Origin: Fimbriosthenelais zetlandica | Lineage: Eukaryota | Direction of reading: 5' to 3' | DNA: 64,000 bases | NCBI GenBank assembly: GCA_977030845.1 | Contig: OZ365112.1 | Span: 5,456,001-5,520,000 of the forward strand | Part shown: positions 41,561 through 54,200 of the stretch, piece after piece | How the letters are laid out: the number at the start of each line of letters is the position of its first letter | Position numbering within the stretch: the first letter of the stretch is position 1 | Notes under the pieces: model-generated | Seen by the model: the letters and a program-made list of their open reading frames with translations, nothing else | Told to the model about the DNA's origin: nothing | Databases searched by the model: none | Program-made: the position numbers and the translations under genes

Positions 41561-43167
41561 AAGAAAGCCTTTTTTAAATAATCAACACAGCTGGCGAGCA
41601 TGCTTCATCGACCAGGTATAGTTTTCTTGTTTTTTTAATTGGAGTGTGGATGGTTTAATTATGAAGTACCTATGTAGTTAGAGTGGTTAGAGGTTTGGCA
41701 CCATTACCTATATAGTTAGAGGCACACAGGGAAATCGGGGATGCATAGCAGCTTTCACAACACGAGTCAATAATCATTCAATATCATATCAAATGGGGAT
41801 AACATGCCATTCCTGAAGGATATTATACAAATCCAGGGGGAAACTGGTTCTTGCACATGCACATCATCATTCTCCTAAAAAAAGGTGTCATAAATTTATT
41901 GTGAAAGCAGGCGTGCGGTACTTACACTCCCTTTTGGTAGGCTTTACTATTATATGCCTGTTGAATGTATATAGAACAGCTGAAAGTAAAAGAACAGCAG
42001 ATACAACGATTAGGTATACAAGTGGCGAGAAGATACTGAAACATTAGACTGGGAAAGGTGGCGTTTTAACTGTAATGGACCGGACACTTGGTCTGGCTGG
42101 TTAAGCCATATACTCTGGTATCAGATAGTCAATTTGGAGAGGCTTACTTCAAGCTAGGCTCAGTCCTGACAGAGTAACTGCATAGGGAAATGATTGCCAA
42201 TATTAAATTTGAACTAAGCTCTGTCCCGGACCATTTGCTGTTGAAGATCTCTTTTTTCTTCTTTTCTTTAAATTGGTTATTGAAAAAATCCAGTGCATAT
42301 GGATTCTGAAAGAGTCCATTTTATAATATTCTTCCATTCACTGCCACCAATATTCATAATGCTACATTTTTTTTAAAACAAAACATGCAATGATCTGCTG
42401 CAATGAAAGTCCTATCAATTGTTAACCTGAAAATGTAATTATGTATGTTTCAGAGGATATTAATCAATATCAACCTGCATTCTCTTCATGCTGGATACAC
42501 ATGCCAAGTTCACATGCAAAGGCATAACACTGATATTTATATATAACACTACATGTATAACATATACATACAGTAGGCATGCAATGAACCTTTTCACAGA
42601 ACAAGGCATTTATATGAGAAACACATGCAACTAAATGGGCATCAATGGGTAGAAAGTATATCCTCTATCAGACGGCTCCTCCTCAAGACTCGATGACCAA
42701 TCAGAGCAATAAAATGGATGTATGGGTTTTCGATGAGACATTGGAGTCATTTCAATGTTTTAACCACTGTCCCTAGTTTAGATCCAAATAGTTGATACAA
42801 TGACAACATTTACCAGTGTAAACAACAACTGTTGGTTGCAGTCACCAAAGTGCCGTCGGAGTCAGGTTCTAGGGCAAAGGGACAAAACCGTCACAAATTG
42901 ACCAACAAAGGACCCGATCCCTGATCAATAGGTCGCCTCAGAAGACACGGTTAGGGAGCGCCTTCCTGTTGCATACCAGGCCCTCTATGGCCCCCTTGTG
43001 GACCTATTCAAACCGGCCACCACCAGGCCCTCAGAATGACCCTAAGAATATTTCCCCCTCAATGGGGCTCTGTATTACATCCCCCCAGGCAGCACCTATA
43101 GAGATCCAGGTTACCTCGCCACTGTCAAGGACCAGACCATTGATAACCATTCACAGAAAAAAATCTT

Positions 43168-43242
43168 GGGTTAGACACCTAGTCAAAGTGGGTTAGACAC
43201 ATAGTCAAATTGGGTTAGACACATAGTCAAATAGGGGGATAG
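43168..43242 (+). repeat. 22 bp subterminal tandem repeat of the 2.9 kb element
   Basis: GGGTTAGACACATAGTCAAAnn x3 plus a partial unit. Confidence 0.9.
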
Positions 43243-44848
43243 ACACTTTTTGACTAAATTTCTAAGGTGGTCCTCGTCAGTTTGACTAAGTCTTCGACAT
43301 CCGTCTGCTTCTGGGCGCCATTTTGTACATCACGTGACTGATCGCGCCCTTTTCACTGCTGGCAGCATAACTAAGGACCATCACACATCATCTTTCAGGT
43401 AATCTTGATTGTTCATGGTAATCTTTGATGCATATTATTGAATTTCCATGTACATGAACTACATACCACATAGTATATCGTGTTTTTGAATGAAAATGTT
43501 GTCAAATAATGGCATTAATTATAGGTCCAATCGCTAATGATTGGGAGATAATTGGGGTTATGTCGGCCATCGGCCATCAGTCCCTTCACTGGCTTCAGTG
43601 TTTCTCGTCCTTGATGCTTGCAAATACATTTCACTTAAAACTCATACAGGTCAGACTATTCAAAAGAACTAAAGCGTATTCTTCACTATAGGCCTCCAGA
43701 TTTATGATCAGATCAGATCCCTATTTCATTATTTATTTTTCATCACAGATCTGCTCTCAAATCGAGCCAGATCTGACATGGGCCATAGCTGGTCACATCC
43801 ACAGACCACACTTGGTCTTGGCCCTAAGCTGCTAAAGGCTAACCGCACCGTAGGCGTAGACCTACATATTAGTACGGTAGGCCTACTGCATAGCCTACAG
43901 ATCGATGATCGATGAACTTGACAGCCAGATCTGAGTAGCTTTTAAAATAGGCTATGTGTTTGGTTTAAATTTTCATTTTTAGAAAATATAATAATGGGCA
44001 TAGAGGGCCTATTATATTATTCAGCACATGGGAAATTTCTCATTTATAAATTAATGGTTTAGGCCACGTGTTTAATTTTAAATTCCAATTAAATTCTCAC
44101 CCATTTTCATGTAAATTATTATTTTTATATTTATAGGCCTACTCAGAAATAACTATATAAAATTAATTTGATTATTTTAATGTAGGCTACAGGTCTAAAA
44201 CAATATAGGTCTACATGTCTTTAACTTGAAATGAGTGACCAGGTGATTCCAGTGACTGGAACTCGCCTGGGGGCAGCACAGTAGGCCTACCCTTCAAATC
44301 AATATCACCATATATAGGCCTATTTTCACCATTTATGAGGTTGCAATATTTTCACCGCTTCTTGTGTCAATTCATTTATTTCATCCCCTTTTCTCACAAT
44401 TTTTTTAATTTATTTCCAGAAAACTCCTGACAGCCTCCCCCTAGTAGAGCACCATAGGAACTTTCACCTGGAACTCAGTAGACTGATAATATAGGTAAGC
44501 AGATATAATTAATATATCCGGTACTAAATTGTGAACGCTAGATCCATACGATTTTTATTCCATATAGCTGAAGACCAAAAATTAAATATGGTATTGAAAG
44601 TTCTATAGATTATTGGTAGGCCTACAATGTTAGCTCTAGCCTACTGCTGTTCCCGGGTAATTCTATTATTATGAGTGTGCACTAGCCTTTTCAGGAAATC
44701 CTGTTTTTTATTTATTGAATTAAGATGACATTCATTTTTTTGCAGTTTCAAGTTTCCCCAAAAGATTTGGGATGGATCGTTCAGAAGCAGAAGAAACACA
44801 GTTTAACTACAACGATAATGCGGGTCAATCAGAAAAAACGACGTATAT

Positions 44849-45632
44849 GTGACATATTTGATTTCATAACATTTTGATAATGACTTTATACACATATTAT
44901 GCTAGGCTAAGGCCTGAAGGCCTGAAATACCAAATATCACTTGCTAAATACTTAATTTTTCCCAAACGTATGTGTCAGGATAAATAATTCAAGTATTTTA
45001 TTTTAAATTCCACATTATACTAGTATTCTATGCTCATTAATAGGATGGCATTGTGACAAAGTTTATATTGTACTTGTGAAGTCTATATGATGACAGACAA
45101 TTTATTTATTATTTTGGATATTGAGGACCATGTATGGCATACTTACAATGTTCAACTATTTTTTTTTTCATATTAATGTCATAATGCTCATATGGATGAT
45201 GGTACTGGCAAGGTGTTCCAGTTTGAAAGTTACGCTACAATTTGTGTAGGTGATATATTTGATTTCATAACATTTTGATAAAGACTTTATTCACATAGTT
45301 TGCTATATAAAGTGGCATTGAACACTACTATAATATAGCCTTTTAAAAACTAAAAAAACTTATTATTTATCCTGAAATACCAAATATCACCTGCTGAATA
45401 TTTTATTTTTTTCCAAATGTATATCTCAGGATAAATAATTCAAGTACATGTATTTGTTTTTTAATTCTACATTATACCAGTATAGTGTTCAATGTTCTGT
45501 AATGGGAGGGCATTGTGACAAAGATTATATTGTACTTTTGAAGTCTATATGATGAAATTTATTATTTTTGACATTGAAGGCCATGTGCGGTGTACTTACA
45601 TTGTAAACAAATTTATTATTTTTCATAGTGTC
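44849..45632 (+). repeat. Internal imperfect direct duplication (about 330-380 bp units)
   Basis: 44849-45180 and 45250-45632 share collinear blocks such as ATATTTGATTTCATAACATTTTGATAA, CCTGAAATACCAAATATCAC, CAGGATAAATAATTCAAGTA and GGCATTGTGACAAAG...GAAGTCTATATGATGA. Confidence 0.92.
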
Positions 45633-46979
45633 CATATGGTACTAAATGCATGATTGAGTACAAATCTTGAAGGTTAACTTTGTGTGAATTGAATTTATAG
45701 TTTCACTATGTTTCAATTAAATATAAGTTCAGGGACATATACTTCTCCATTTTGCTTGTTCTTAATATTCCTGCACATTTATACCCCTTTATAATGTTAA
45801 CTTCTAAGGTGGTACGGATATAGGGAAAGCATACAGTATGCGGAATGGGACTGCTCGAAGTGTTAGTCAGATCCTTAGTCAATTTGACTGTAGGTATTCA
45901 AAAGGTTCGGACAAAAGCACAGGACAGTCTTAGTCAATTTAACTGGGGGTTAGTCAGATTCTTAGTCAATTTAACTGAGGGGTAGTCAAAAGGGTTCGGA
46001 CAAAAAGACACAGTCAGTTTGACCCTTAAAAACTCCGAAAATCAGTCACTTTGACTAACTTGCTAACCCTTGATTTTTTTCTGTGTTCATTCACATTATG
46101 GGGCAATTCATCAGAGAATTGATCCCGATTTTCAAAATGTTCAGGGTTCAATCAATACCTATAGACGTTATGCAAATCCCTGCTCCACTCTTGGGCATAC
46201 CAAGTGGAAAATGCATACACATCTGGTGGAGACCCTAGCATATAAATTCATTCTCTTGGGACCACTGAAAGGAGTGAACGAGGAAAGCCTGTTAAGGATA
46301 TGTTTTCCCAAAGCCTCTAGGTTGCTTACACATACATGGTTCAGTGGTAAAGGATTCACGATGCAAATGGGTCGTTGAGACAAGTATCTATTCAGCGGTC
46401 CCATGTCAGCCTGAGTGCTTACCCACTGCCTTAATGATTCTTTAGCCTTTGTAGGCTATGGCATTATCCTTGGTTAAGTGGGAGGCTGTGGCTCAGCTTC
46501 TACAGGCTGGTTTTCCATAATCCTAAGATGCTGTCCTCCAGCCAGCATCAATATTCCACTGGTGCATGTCCCCAGGTATCTGCTGCTGACAATGGCCCTT
46601 CACTGCATTCAATCTGTGTAGGCACCTTGCCACTAACCAGCCCCACCAAGCCTCATCCCAGACCAAGCACATGCTTGCCGCCTCTACTAACAGCCCCTTC
46701 GGACAAGATTTTGCTTTAAGGGCAAAGACACTTTGCTTTCAGTCTTGACCATTCACGCCAGGGTGTCTAATAACAGTGCCTAGCCCACTATGTTATCAGG
46801 CCAGAGGGCAATAGATTTAGAGTACTCCTATATTAAGGCTACGACCACACTAAAACCCCTCTAATTGGCAACCCACTCACCATACACTCTACATTTCTAT
46901 CTTATCTTTTTTTGTCATTCACCCCTCCTTAAAATAAAATGATCGAGATGTTCCACAACCGATCAATCATTGCCTTGCA

Positions 46980-47400
46980 ATGGTAATAGGGGAGGCTTTG
47001 TTTCCAACTTCCTCCACGAGGTGGAGTTTGACCAGGAAAAATTGCAATTCAATCACTGTGAGAAACCTCTATGTATTATACAGCGGTCTGATCGAAAGCC
47101 TGTTGCCCAACGGGATGATCAATTATGATTTCTTTTTTTCTATTCCAGAGAAAAAGGAACATCATCTTGCTTTATCATTGAGGAGGGGAGAGATCCCTTG
47201 ACAGTGGCACATCCACCCTTCATCCCAGACCCTGCAGCAGCCTCCCGGCACATAGAAGCATCACGGAGTCAGACGAGAGACAGCGGGGCTCCCCCATTCT
47301 TGATGAATAAGGCAGAATGGTGAATCTGAGATCTTCATGCAAGGTCTCCATCTTCCAATACACTCCCCAAGGGAGAGGGAGGTGTCCTTTGTAGGCCAGC
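46980..47400 (+). mobile_element. Decayed DIRS1-type RT N-terminal fragment
   Basis: LIESLLPNGMI (cf. EVxSLLxKGAI), FFSIPEKKE (cf. FFLVPKKDG), EW*I*DLHA. Confidence 0.4.
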
Positions 47401-48879
47401 TGTGTTGGTATTATGGATGTCTGTTCTATCCACTAAGTGCCCAGCAAAATTGAATTAAGCCAGCCTGGGAGCGAGTCGTACCAGACATTGAAGGCTATAT
47501 ATCCTAGCGGCAGCATTGCTCCTATACCTGAAGAAGGCCAAGGCAGGATAGTATGCTAAAGTACATGCAGAAGCACCATCCCCATCCAAACTCAGCTATA
47601 TATCAAAAAAGACTGACACAATATGAAACTACAATTGGGAATCCTCATGCAACATGTATGATGGGATCATCTAGCTCATCTAGAGCAGGATCCATATTGT
47701 AGCCTAGAGAAGAACCAAGACATTTCATCTACATGCAATTGGTAAATCACAACAAGCATTAGTATAGAGTATAATCATACAATACTGAGGTAACTCGCCA
47801 GGTAGAAAACACTCTAACCACTCTTTTGTTAAAGAAAAACCCAACACCCAATAACAAGGTGTTACCACCACTCCGCATGCAGTATAATTGAGAATATTCT
47901 TTCTAAACAAATGAAAACCATCAGTCAGAGAAAATTTCCCTGATAAATTATGTATGAACAATTCAACATCAATGTATACAATTAACAATTTCAATAAAAA
48001 TAACAATTTTTCTGAAAATGTAGTGCTCGGGTATAATATCTGAACTTGTAATATCAACCCTTGGGAATTCGACATTCTGCACCTCCGCAGACAATTCTAT
48101 CCTTTCATTCATAATCTGCAAGCTAAAGCTGATTTGCGGATTTAGCAATGAAGACCCAAGATATTCTTCTGTACATTAAGCTAGAACTAAAGGACTTAAT
48201 ACTAATGTTACTCAGGTGGATGTATTATAGGGATTCCACTAAGACGTAATATGAAGGATAACAAGAGAGAAAAGTTAGTTTATAAATCTGGATCTTTGCT
48301 CAACCATTGACTAAAGCAATGGCAAATCATGATCCATATATGATCATAAAGGTTTTGAATATCATGGCTTTTGACCAGAGCAAAATTTTATCAGTATCAG
48401 TTAATTGCTTTAAATAGTGGAGCCCAGAAATAAGAATATATGAACAAAAAGTTATATGAAGAAATAAGTTATATGAACAAAAACTTTTTTATAGTTTCTT
48501 GTATGATACAGATGGAAGTTTTCCGGAAGTTTATATCTCATGTTCTGTAGTATTGTGGGTATGTTACGAGAGTGTGAAGCTAAAAATAGCACTGATAGTA
48601 ACCTACGAGACTCTAACACGTGAAGATGTGTGGTGTACGCCTATCTTATCATCACTGCTATTGGTGTAGATGCCTTACTCTAGCAGATTGTCAGAGAGAA
48701 GTACTGATCTCAATACCAATATGCCTATAGCTCCCTCCTCTCCTATAGCAACACTGGCAAATCATCCATCCCTTTTGTAAGACGATACTGTCAGGGGTGG
48801 TGGGGGCAGAGGCAGCTGGGACTGCCAGGCTCTCGATGGATGATTGCAGCCAGTGGGTAGGGGGTCGGGTGTCAGCGAA

Positions 48880-50290
48880 TGATGAAGTATGCTGAGGACC
48901 CACCACTACCAAATCAAAGCATTTTTGGCTTCATCTCCCAGATCAACTCTGGCAAAGAAGAATGTCTTCTTCCTAGGGTGCCAGTGTATGTCTTTACAAA
49001 AGCGTGCCTGATTCAACACCTCGAGGTCCAGCCCAGGGAGGAAGCCCAGGCGCACTAATACAGCATTCGACATGCCAGCTCGCCCTATTTGTCTTACTTT
49101 GTGTGGAGTCAGAGCTGTGGACATGGCTATGGCCGGTGTTGCCAGGCCCAATGCAACTGACCATTGATTTATAACCTTCACTGGTAGGAACAGCAGAAAG
49201 CTATAGAGGTGACGGACGAAGAACCAAATCACACCAAGGCAGGTCCAGCCTGGATGCCTTGTCCTGAACCCTTCTAACATAGACAGATAGGGTGGTTAGA
49301 GTACAACTGGGAGGCCCCAGCTCAGCCAGTGTGGTGGCCAACACCAACTCCAATCTCTATAAGTGAAATTCTCCTGCCAAACAGGCGAGGTGTACCGCAG
49401 AGTGAACATGGAAGCAGAAATTGAATTAATATAGGCAAACTTGATATATGGGCCGTGTACAATAGCTTGGAGGTTATAGTATACAGTGTTAGAAGATAAA
49501 TGACCCAAGGCATCAAGTAAGATTAGAGAAAGTGTTGTTGAAACAAGTCTCATGGGCCAAGGTAGTACCAGGAGCAATTCCACTTTTCCACCTACGACTT
49601 ACAGACAACACCAGCCCCTATCCTTTACTATATGTTCATTTCACTTTCTTTTAAACCTAACTTGAATTAGTCCACACCATCCATTTCAACCTGTTTGTAA
49701 AAGATGTAAAATGGTCCGCACAAAACCCAAAGTCATTTCTCAAAGTTATATCTGTGTTTTATCTTTGAAACAAAGTGATTGGATCATCAAGATTCATTCA
49801 CAAAACCTCACACAGAAACACCATTCTAATCCAGGCATAAATGATACCATAAATGTTAAAGTAGTTTACTGCTGGTTCCGTGAGAGCCATATTTGTTGTT
49901 TGGTACTGAGCCAGCAAGCAGGCCCTATAATGAAGCCTTGTAAGCCCCGTTCCCACCACACAAATCCCTGAGGTCCATGTGGGGCCCATACATGCCGGAA
50001 AATGGGAACTGTCAAGCTACAATCAGACGGCCTGCCCTGACACGCCAGAATGGAATTGGTCCATCTCCTGCTCAAGCCCAAAGGGTAATGCGGCCCATTC
50101 ACTGCTAACGCGGCCCTTTGTCTGACACTCTGACCACACGACATGAAGCTGGTACCAAAGCTAGAGGAGGGCCAGTGCATGTCTGAAGAGTAGGCGGGGA
50201 TCTGACCTGGTCGATAACCCTGAAATATGATCTTCAGCACCTCGATAAGATGGTGGATACTTTCTAAGGCATCCACTCCGCGCTAGCTGA
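48880..50290 (-). mobile_element. Decayed DIRS1-type element, RT and YR (RH/MT largely lost)
   Basis: RT: AYSSDMH, EWAALPFGL, WRVRAGRLIV.LD (decayed YLDD). YR: NLQAIVHGPYIKF, EFHL*RLELVL, CTLTTLSVYVRR, TPHKVR (HxxR), GW...HAFVKTY (catalytic Tyr). Confidence 0.6.
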
Positions 50291-51279
50291 AGTGGATCTC
50301 TCACTTTGCTGCTAAATGATGTGGTTGACAGCCATGTAGACACCACTGACATCAGATCACCAGATCACCAGATCACCTGGTCATTAATGCTAGGGAAATA
50401 TAGCAATTGACAGTCATTTCCAGGGCCAACCTGCCTTCATTTAACAAACATTGAAGTCACCCAGCTTAGCTGCTTCAGCCTTTAGAGTGGGTTAGAATGA
50501 ATGAAGAGCTGTTTCCTGAAGCCTCGGTATTCAAGTTGAGGCATGTGATAAATTATGATATATCAGGAGTTGAACCATGTGGTCTGAAATAAATAGCAGC
50601 TTGAACACTGGCTTGTGTTGATGATAAAGGCTAACTTGAGAGGTAAATTTACTAAAAGAATGTCATGATCCATCAATTAGTTCGCACGGGCCTCGGCCTC
50701 GGCTTGTTGAAAATCATCGCCTTACATTAGTCATTCATAGAAGTGATGTACCTAGACTAATTAATCCCTTACAGAAAGTCTAGAGGAACTGTCTCCAGAT
50801 GATCATTTTTGCTCAAAGCAAAATATCCAGATTAGGTTGTTATTGTAGGCATAATGACATAAAACTGGGTTTATGTTGTATTTCAAATTGATAAAGTTGT
50901 ACTATTTAATAGTTGATGTTTACAAGTAGTGTAGTATTCTCATGCGTCCACTCTCATCCATCTCACACCCTGATCAGATATGCATAGGTAATGTGGGCAA
51001 CTGCTAGTTGGATTAACCTGGACATACCCCTATCCATCATCCACTAATCAGGCCTTAGCATTCCCATTACTCCCACACTAATATTTATGGCACTTCAATA
51101 AATAACAAAGTACATGATACAAAAGGTTAGAAATCATACATTATCATATTATGTTGACAACTTGTTCTTCATTCCCAGAACTCAACTACTTTGAGGCAAA
51201 CAAGTAATCGGAAAACACGAAATTATTTTGATTATTTTGGTAGATTTTTGATCGAGTTTTTTGCCAAAGTGAAAGAGAA

Positions 51280-54200
51280 ACATGCCAACAAAATTTTCTA
51301 TCGACTCAGCCAGGCAAGGAAATGCTTCGCACTGGTCTCCTAATTGCCAATAGTCAATTAGGCCTTTTGCTATAACCTTCAGAAGCTAATGGAAACAGCT
51401 CCATTAGATGTTCCTAATAGCTTCCTCTACAACTTATTGTGTCTACAACCCATCTGACAGTCAACTCATGATTGTACTTTGCCTTGACCAGAGCAAAGAT
51501 TGTAGGCCTGACTAATGTATACAGTAGGCAGGGAAGGCCAGTTCATTTATATATCCCACTAATGAATGCCTGTGGTAGATCTACTGAGACATCTTTGAGG
51601 TGCCCATTCAGAGCCTCCCCTCTACCAGCTGTCGCATGGTCGGACTACCTCCAGTAATACATCAGAAAGCTCTAGTGTAGACTACCGACTAGCTATATTA
51701 TACTTCCACCTTTACCTATCATTTTCCTAGTGAATATTTAATGAGGAGCTAGTGAATTATTCGCCTTGTGCATGTCTCTCCTGCTGCTTTCTAGTTGTTC
51801 CCTTGTTACTTTATGACAAGTAATGGTGAATATAACTCCTGGGTTGGAATCATAGTGGAAGGAGCCATTTTCAGTGATAGAGCAGTAACAGTGAAGTCAC
51901 AAGTGGCATCCACGTGGGGTATAGCATTATGGAGGGAACCAGCGGTCAGTGAGATATTACATGCCATCTAGCCAAGATGGTCATTACAATTCTACTCAGA
52001 CCATACTGCTGCAGACATCTAACTGGATAGATCAGATAGCACAGCAGCCTGCCACTGATATGCCGGTAAAATATGCACAGTACCATTACCAATGACTGCG
52101 TTATAGGGACGACCGGACGGAGCTAAGTCATAACTTCATATTAGCTGACAATGCTGCTGACGAGCATTGACAGTGGCAAGAGCTGCCGGACGGTATCGTT
52201 CCTGGCCTCCATTGGCAAGGAAAGATTTTAGGGGGAAGTGAGCAAAGGCTTGCACAATGGAGGCAATGTGTAAGGAGGGTAATATGGTAGAGTCTGCGGC
52301 CTGGCAAACAGTAGTAAGGCATGTAAAGGTAGATCTGTAGAGCCCAAGGATCAATCAGGCAGCCACTTGCCAGATTTCTGCCATATCATTTGCCTCACAG
52401 TGAATGCTTCCAGGCTCAGGTCCCACCATTAAGTCCAGCAGTCAGGCCAAGTCTGCTGACGCTTAACAACAATTTGGTCTCCGATCGATGCCAGCGCGTA
52501 TTGTGTTTATTAACACCCTTGAAGAATCAATATAAGACACCCCAAATGGCTAAAGAACTGTTATGAAATCCAGGCAAATGCTGAAAGGGATGGGATGGAG
52601 CAGCAGCCTTTGTGGATTTCGCCATTCAAACCCCCAGCCACTTTGTCATCCTTGAAGCAGACTTAGTGAATGCCGTGGCAGTTCGCCTAAGACAGCCAGT
52701 TTCAAAGCATCTCATGGTTGCCATCTCTTGCTTGGAGCAGCAGCGACTCATACTGGCACTGTACAGACAATGCCATCCTGCTTTAAGTGAGCCTTCCCCA
52801 TTGAAATGCTTCCCTCCCCCTGTTTTTTGCCATTCCACCTGACTTGCACACATCGCATAAGGATGCCATGGAAGCATTGACGATCCAGTTTACAAGCATT
52901 AGTAAAGACATTACTTGTCGGGTCTGCGTGAAATTACACATCGGCTTATGGCGGAGCGGTTAGAAAAGGTGGGCGATAATAGGAGCATGGAGGTATTTTG
53001 GGCACGCTTGTGGAGGATCTATCATGTGAGAGGCTTGTCAGGGATGGCTGGGCTGATGAGAGGGGATTAGAAATCTGGCCTAGACCAGCTGCCAACAGCC
53101 AATAGGAGATGGGCTACTCCAACCCAAGAGGGCTGAGTGTAGTGACTGGTTCCTAACCCAAGCCACAGACCAGTTAAACGCCCAATCTCCTCCAGTCCTC
53201 TGTGTGCCAGTAATTAACCTGAGAGTTCCACATCCTAATGACAGTTTCCATTACTTCTCTCACTCCAATTGCGACACACCACAAGACGCTGACTCAATAA
53301 AAACACGTATTGATCGGAATTAATGATTTGACTTTCTGTTGTGAAGAATAATATCTGGATACTTGATTAAAAAAGAGATTTCTATCAGTGCGTACTCTTG
53401 GTGAACAACAATTAACGTTTAAATAAATACACAAAAGGCGAACAAGGAATAATTACAAACCGCTCCAATGTATTATGTTGGAAGATAATTGAAAATGAAA
53501 TCTTTACAGCCTCAACGTTTTGAGTCAAAAGTAATAACTTTCTTATCATATATTCCCGATTTTCCAGATAAATTAATCTTTAAAATCACATTCAAGTTTT
53601 TGTCAGTGAGATACCTATATCAGTCCACAGGGGGTCAGAAAGGGTAATATCCTCAGGGAAAACTTCTAGGAGTCCAATTTGAAGCCTAACCCAACATAAT
53701 GAAATGTCCACACTTTTGCGTCCCACGCAATTGGTTGAACAGCATGACGTCAATTGTACAGGAAGAAATAAAATGGCGTCGGCACAGTTGGCCTTGACTC
53801 TATACTGTCTTTCTGCATCCGAGGGGAAATGATGCATAACAATATGACAGTAACTTACATGTGACAGCACTGACAGCAAGTGACAAGGTCATAAGAATTG
53901 CAGTAATTAGGTCATATCCAGAGGAGGAAAGACTCCCATTGTCACCCACTGTGTCTTGAGCGACAGTGAATATTGAATTATATGGTGACAGCTGTCTCTT
54001 TGCACTGTCAAGACTATTAGGGACACATTGTGACACCACTATTAAAGCAAGAGGAGTTGACAGCCGGGGACACTGGCAGTTAACGTCATCTTGACACAAA
54101 AGGTATACACCAATCATTGTTGTCATTCAGTGAATGAAACAATATGAAACAATTTTTAACCATCAGAAACATGGGGAATTGGGTAAAGAATCTTATACTA

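Larger units (their letters stand above)
43152..46085 (+). mobile_element. Non-autonomous CACTA/CMC (EnSpm-like) DNA transposon, 2.9 kb
   Basis: Perfect 14 bp TIR CACAGAAAAAAATC / GATTTTTTTCTGTG extending imperfectly to about 36 bp. TT dinucleotide on both flanks. Subterminal TAGTCAA(A)/TTGACTA repeat arrays at both ends. No transposase ORF. The superfamily call rests on CAC termini, the 2 bp TSD and subterminal repeats. Confidence 0.8.
42700..46860 (+). mobile_element. Decayed DIRS1-type MT-YR remnant split by the 2.9 kb CACTA-like element
   Basis: Left of the insertion: IGRLRR, PGPLWPP and QWGSVLHPP (MT end). Right of the insertion: GSINTYR, LKGVNE, LTHTW, PTKPHPRPST and DHSRQG (YR). Confidence 0.62.

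Noticed and set aside
47725-48075. 116 aa hydrophobic ORF as a NUMT or membrane-protein gene
   Set aside because: No recognisable mitochondrial or receptor motif. T-rich composition explains the hydrophobicity.
48906-49583. Adhesion/secretin-class GPCR 7TM pseudogene (WLSWGLPVVL, GVIWFFV)
   Set aside because: More specific collinear YR motifs (FHL, HKVR, FVKTY) and an upstream RT (LPFGL) explain the region better. The GPCR resemblance rests on a few hydrophobic words.
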